DNA of 63,329 nt, counting the filler, from Perkinsus chesapeaki ATCC PRA-425 (Eukaryota; Protista; Perkinsozoa), in the NCBI GenBank assembly GCA_013115145.1. It is 9 parts of 9 records of this genome, joined end to end, with 100 filler letters (N's around TTAATTAATTAA, not from the genome) between each part and the next. Parts side by side here need not be neighbours in the genome. Positions count along the whole stretch, not along the records: positions 55,928 to 61,369 come from JAAPAO010001159.1; positions 61,470 to 63,329 come from JAAPAO010001753.1; 7 more parts are not named here. One strand, written 5' to 3'. The position numbers and the translations under genes are program-made. Of this stretch, positions 60,140-63,329 are shown one piece after another (position 1 is the stretch's first letter; every line of letters begins with the position of its first letter). The notes beneath the pieces were generated by a model. The model was given only the letters and a program-made list of their open reading frames with translations, searched no databases and was not told the DNA's origin.

Positions 60140-61207
60140 ATGGCTGCACGTCGAAGTGCGGCTACCGAGTATGTGCGGCAGGCAATCTCTCAGGGTCGCA
60201 ACCTCCATCATGAGGTGAATGACTTCGTTCGCAGCGCTGTGGCGGAGTCTACACGAAAGGGTTACACGGCAGCAGAGAATTTGTATATCAAGATCATCTA
60301 TGGGCGAGACAACATGGAGGAGTCGATCTATCCATTGTCGGGAAACTTGCTCTTGCTGTATATATACGTGATGTCCAAAGTTGGCTATGCCTCCTCCACT
60401 ATCCGGACTTACGTCTGCGGTCTCAAGTCGCGCAACCTAGAGAATGGATTCAGGCTTAGCAAGATCGAAACAGAGAGAATCCGAAGAGCAGTAAAGGCCG
60501 CCGAGAAGCAGGGCGGTACGAGTAGCTCCGGAGGTATAGGTGTGGTCACGCCGAAGCTGGTTCTGCGTCCTGCTCATTTGCGCGCAGCCAGGAACCCGGG
60601 TGCATCGCGAGACCCATGCTGGGTGGCGATGCTCCTATGCGTCTTTGCACTGCTGCGTGCCAGAGAATGCTTGGCGCTACGTCTTGGTGATTTGCGGTTT
60701 TCAGTTCGGGGAGGCATGGACGTTGTGAAGATAGCTATCCGCAAGAGCAAATGCGATCAGGTGGGAAAAGGTGCTCTCCTGACTGTGGGTTGTGCCAAAG
60801 GCTCCAAGCGCCGTCCGTGTGGTGAGCGTTTGTGCCCTGTGCACAACCTGTATCGTTACCTTACTTTGGGTTGCGCTGAGGGCCGGTGGCAGCGATGCAA
60901 GGAAGCACTTGTGTTTGTTGCTCCGGAGCACATGGGGGAGCCTCTCACATATAATGGCTTTCTGCTGGGTGTTAGACGCCTGCTGGGAGGCGTGACCGGC
61001 CATGGCACGGGGGTTACGACACATGCCCTCCGGCGGAGCGAGGCGAACTGGCTGTGGCAGGTCGGGGTTCCCCTATTCAACATACGAGAGTTTGGTCGAT
61101 GGTCGACAAGGGGGACCCTCGAGGACCGATATCTCTCAGGTGCGACGCAGTCGCAGCAGTTTTTGTATTGTGCGGCGGCGTTAGAGGGTCAGTATAAGGG
61201 CATATGA
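60140..61207 (+). CDS. Tyrosine recombinase with an N-terminal SAM-like domain
   Basis: LLRARE (R), IRKSKCDQ.GKG (K), CPV, THALRR (HxxR), GRW, RYL (Y). Confidence 0.92.
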   Translation: MAARRSAATEYVRQAISQGRNLHHEVNDFVRSAVAESTRKGYTAAENLYIKIIYGRDNMEESIYPLSGNLLLLYIYVMSKVGYASSTIRTYVCGLKSRNLENGFRLSKIETERIRRAVKAAEKQGGTSSSGGIGVVTPKLVLRPAHLRAARNPGASRDPCWVAMLLCVFALLRARECLALRLGDLRFSVRGGMDVVKIAIRKSKCDQVGKGALLTVGCAKGSKRRPCGERLCPVHNLYRYLTLGCAEGRWQRCKEALVFVAPEHMGEPLTYNGFLLGVRRLLGGVTGHGTGVTTHALRRSEANWLWQVGVPLFNIREFGRWSTRGTLEDRYLSGATQSQQFLYCAAALEGQYKGI

Positions 61208-61743
61208 CTGCCACGTGCTTCAGTTGGATAGTTGCAGTCAGTGATGCTATAGCATCCTTCATATACTCATGTTTTCGCTAGTGGTCCGACTTGGGAACGA
61301 GGTGTTGTGTTCTTCCGAGTGTTTCTCCGAATCATGTCCAACAGATATATAGAGGTATGAGAACACTGGNNNNNNNNNNNNNNNNNNNNNNNNNNNNNNN
61401 NNNNNNNNNNNNNTTAATTAATTAANNNNNNNNNNNNNNNNNNNNNNNNNNNNNNNNNNNNNNNNNNNNGGCTAATACATGCCAGTCTCATCAGTCTCGT
61501 CTCATGCTCTTATCGCACGCCACATTTGGGCGAGGATCAAATTACATGTGACACGAGACAGATTACGACCTCACATCGGTTTGCACAACGGTTTCAAACC
61601 CGCCATGATCTGAGCCAATAATCTTCATGGTTCTATTCTCGGACGAATGCACAGCATGGAATTGGGGCGGAATGTACGGAAATACCGTATAATCTTCTTG
61701 GCGGTTCCTATGGTTGACCACGTGTAGTATGACACTTTACTGT

Positions 61744-63100
61744 TCATGTACTCAAAATTAACTCTGCCGTTCCAACGAAAAAAACGGGTTTGGCACACTC
61801 GCCAAGCTTGTGGAGCCTCTCGCTATAGTAGCAGCTCCCAAACCCTGGCAATACCGGGGTAGGTTTAGTTGTAGTAGTAGTAGTAGTAGTACTCGGAGTA
61901 GTGATGGTTGGTCGCTTTTTATACTCGTTCCCCAGCTTGCGGACATTGGTGCCAGGCTGCGTGAAGGTAACAACTTCGCCTCCCGGGCTAACAACTAGCA
62001 AAGTACCAGTAGACTTGTTGACGATTTCCCAGTGATGCTTGATGAACGGGAAATGAAGATGCGCATCAGGCTCGAGCCCGGGTAGATCGAGAGTCATTTT
62101 ACCGGTTTCTTCGTTCAAATCTAAAATATCGTCCGCCACGACAGGGTCGGCTCCTCCCTCTTCCACAGAGAGATACGCCCAGCGAGCGCCGAAATACGCA
62201 TCGCTACCATCCTCATAGGCCTCCTCCTAGATGATGTTCAGGAATGGCATGGTTTGGTTTATAAAGTTGTATTTATACTTCGGAACGACGACGCTGTGGT
62301 TTTGCGCTCTCCCAAAGGCGAACCAGGAGAAGGTCGAAGACACGACCAAGTAAGGGGAGTTGGAGATCATAGTTGAGATTGTGAGAGAAGTTACACTTAC
62401 AGAATCAGCCCGGGGAGATGGCGAGCCGAAGCCAGCCAATTGGGGGAAAATTGAGCAATGACTGGGTAGCGAGGAGCACGAGATATCCCGCTTATACAAT
62501 ACCACAGCCCAACAGTCAGGCTAGCTGCGGAAAAATGTCTCTACCAGTGACGTTTTTGCTTGGAGCATGATGCCTGCTAATCATCCAACAGCTTCAGGTA
62601 AGCGCTTCTTGTACTGGATGGTGATACTGTGAGACGAATGTAACTCGATCCCGTTTGTTTGAAAGGACTCATTTGAGGGAGTTTGAAATGAATTTTCTGA
62701 ATTAAGTCGAGAGAATTCAAACAGGAACCAGCCCGCCGAAGTACAAGGGGCGTAAAAAATAAGGGCCCACCCCTCATAGGAAGTAGTGTCTTCGCGTGAA
62801 AACTCAACTCGAGGTGTGAACGGAAGCCAGAAACCGTGTGCTGGAGGCATACACTGACTGTCACGATTACTCCTGCAGGAGAGCAATCGAGTCGCATACC
62901 CACTTCATAAAAGGCGCACAAGTAGCGATTTCCAATCTTTCATGTGGTGAGTGAGCCCCCTGAAGGCATTTGAAAATACAAAACAGAGAGCATTTGCTAG
63001 TAGCATCTTTGATGCGATACCCTTCCCACCTTCACAGTAGGTCCGATACTTGCACACTCTTTGACAGACGTCAATCGTGACATTAGAGTGCCACACTCTA
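61744..63100 (-). CDS. Multi-exon gene of unknown function with a Thr-rich linker near the C-terminus
   Basis: LLVRLWESAKPQRRRSE|intron 62278-62227|EEAYEDGSDAYFG...PSTTTTTTTTKPTP...LILST*. Upstream exons are unresolved. Confidence 0.5.
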
Positions 63101-63329
63101 ACCCGGCATGTATCGTGTATATCCTAGGATCAGCAACAGTAGGGCATGTGCTTCTCACAACCTGGACACAATGTTACTATACAAGTTACAGGCTGCATAA
63201 TAGAGCAACGTATCAAGAATAGCAGATAGTCAGACGCCGTAAAGAGAACCACTGGCACGAAGTTAGTTGTGTTGTCACCTTACCTTAAGCAGCTCCGACT
63301 CTCTATCGGGCTCCCAGCCGGGAAATGGA

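Larger units (their letters stand above)
56320..61207 (+). mobile_element. Tyrosine-recombinase (DIRS-like) retrotransposon: gag, RT/RNase H, YR
   Basis: Three consecutive plus-strand ORFs with the expected domains. No terminal repeats were detected within the contig. Confidence 0.9.

Noticed and set aside
46891-61207. Apparent cluster of three different retroelements and transporters as an 'island'
   Set aside because: Each lies on a separate contig joined by linkers.
55928-61369. Terminal repeats (ITR/ICR or split direct repeats) for the DIRS-like element
   Set aside because: No match was found by eye between the left and right flanks; the right end is probably cut by the contig edge.
25455-61425. 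Repeated TTAATTAATTAA palindromes
   Set aside because: Always centred in N44...N44, so they are artificial six-frame-stop linkers. ORFs in the track that start or end there (e.g. 49576-, ...LIN) are artefacts.
62227-62229. Apparent in-frame TAG readthrough joining ORFs 62227-62505 and 61744-62166
   Set aside because: The TAG is the 3' AG of a 52-nt intron (62278-62227). A different upstream frame (LLVRLWESAKPQRRRSE) splices in phase 0.

Overview
Eukaryotic DNA with short GT-AG introns. The gene repertoire and style suggest a Perkinsus-like alveolate (inference). The window is NOT contiguous: eight artificial N44-TTAATTAATTAA-N44 linkers (TTAATTAATTAA at 25455, 36532, 46835, 49572, 52152, 53818, 55872, 61414) join nine contigs, so adjacency across linkers means nothing. 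Contig 1 (1-25410) has a minus-strand block (coiled-coil protein, ALG9, PDZ protein, RPC5/POLR3E), then a divergent intron-bearing NhaA, an intronless S41-like protein with a probable GPI signal and the 3' end of a lysine-type (type IIIK) phosphoglycerate dehydrogenase. Contig 2 is part of a giant repeat-protein gene whose introns hold three tRNA genes, a MITE and several copies of a recurring 12-bp motif. Later contigs carry a mucin-like ORF, a decayed LINE, poorly resolved multi-exon genes, a BEL/Pao pol, an R4-like RLE LINE, tandem DASS transporters and a gag/RT-RNaseH/tyrosine-recombinase (DIRS-like) retroelement. Top leads: (1) both inter-ORF spacers of the DIRS-like element look like phase-matched introns that would fuse gag-pol-YR into one 1497-aa ORF; (2) tRNA genes nearly filling short spliceosomal introns; (3) the motif ATTTCGTGGCGC, which recurs in introns in both orientations and at the centre of a divergent promoter.
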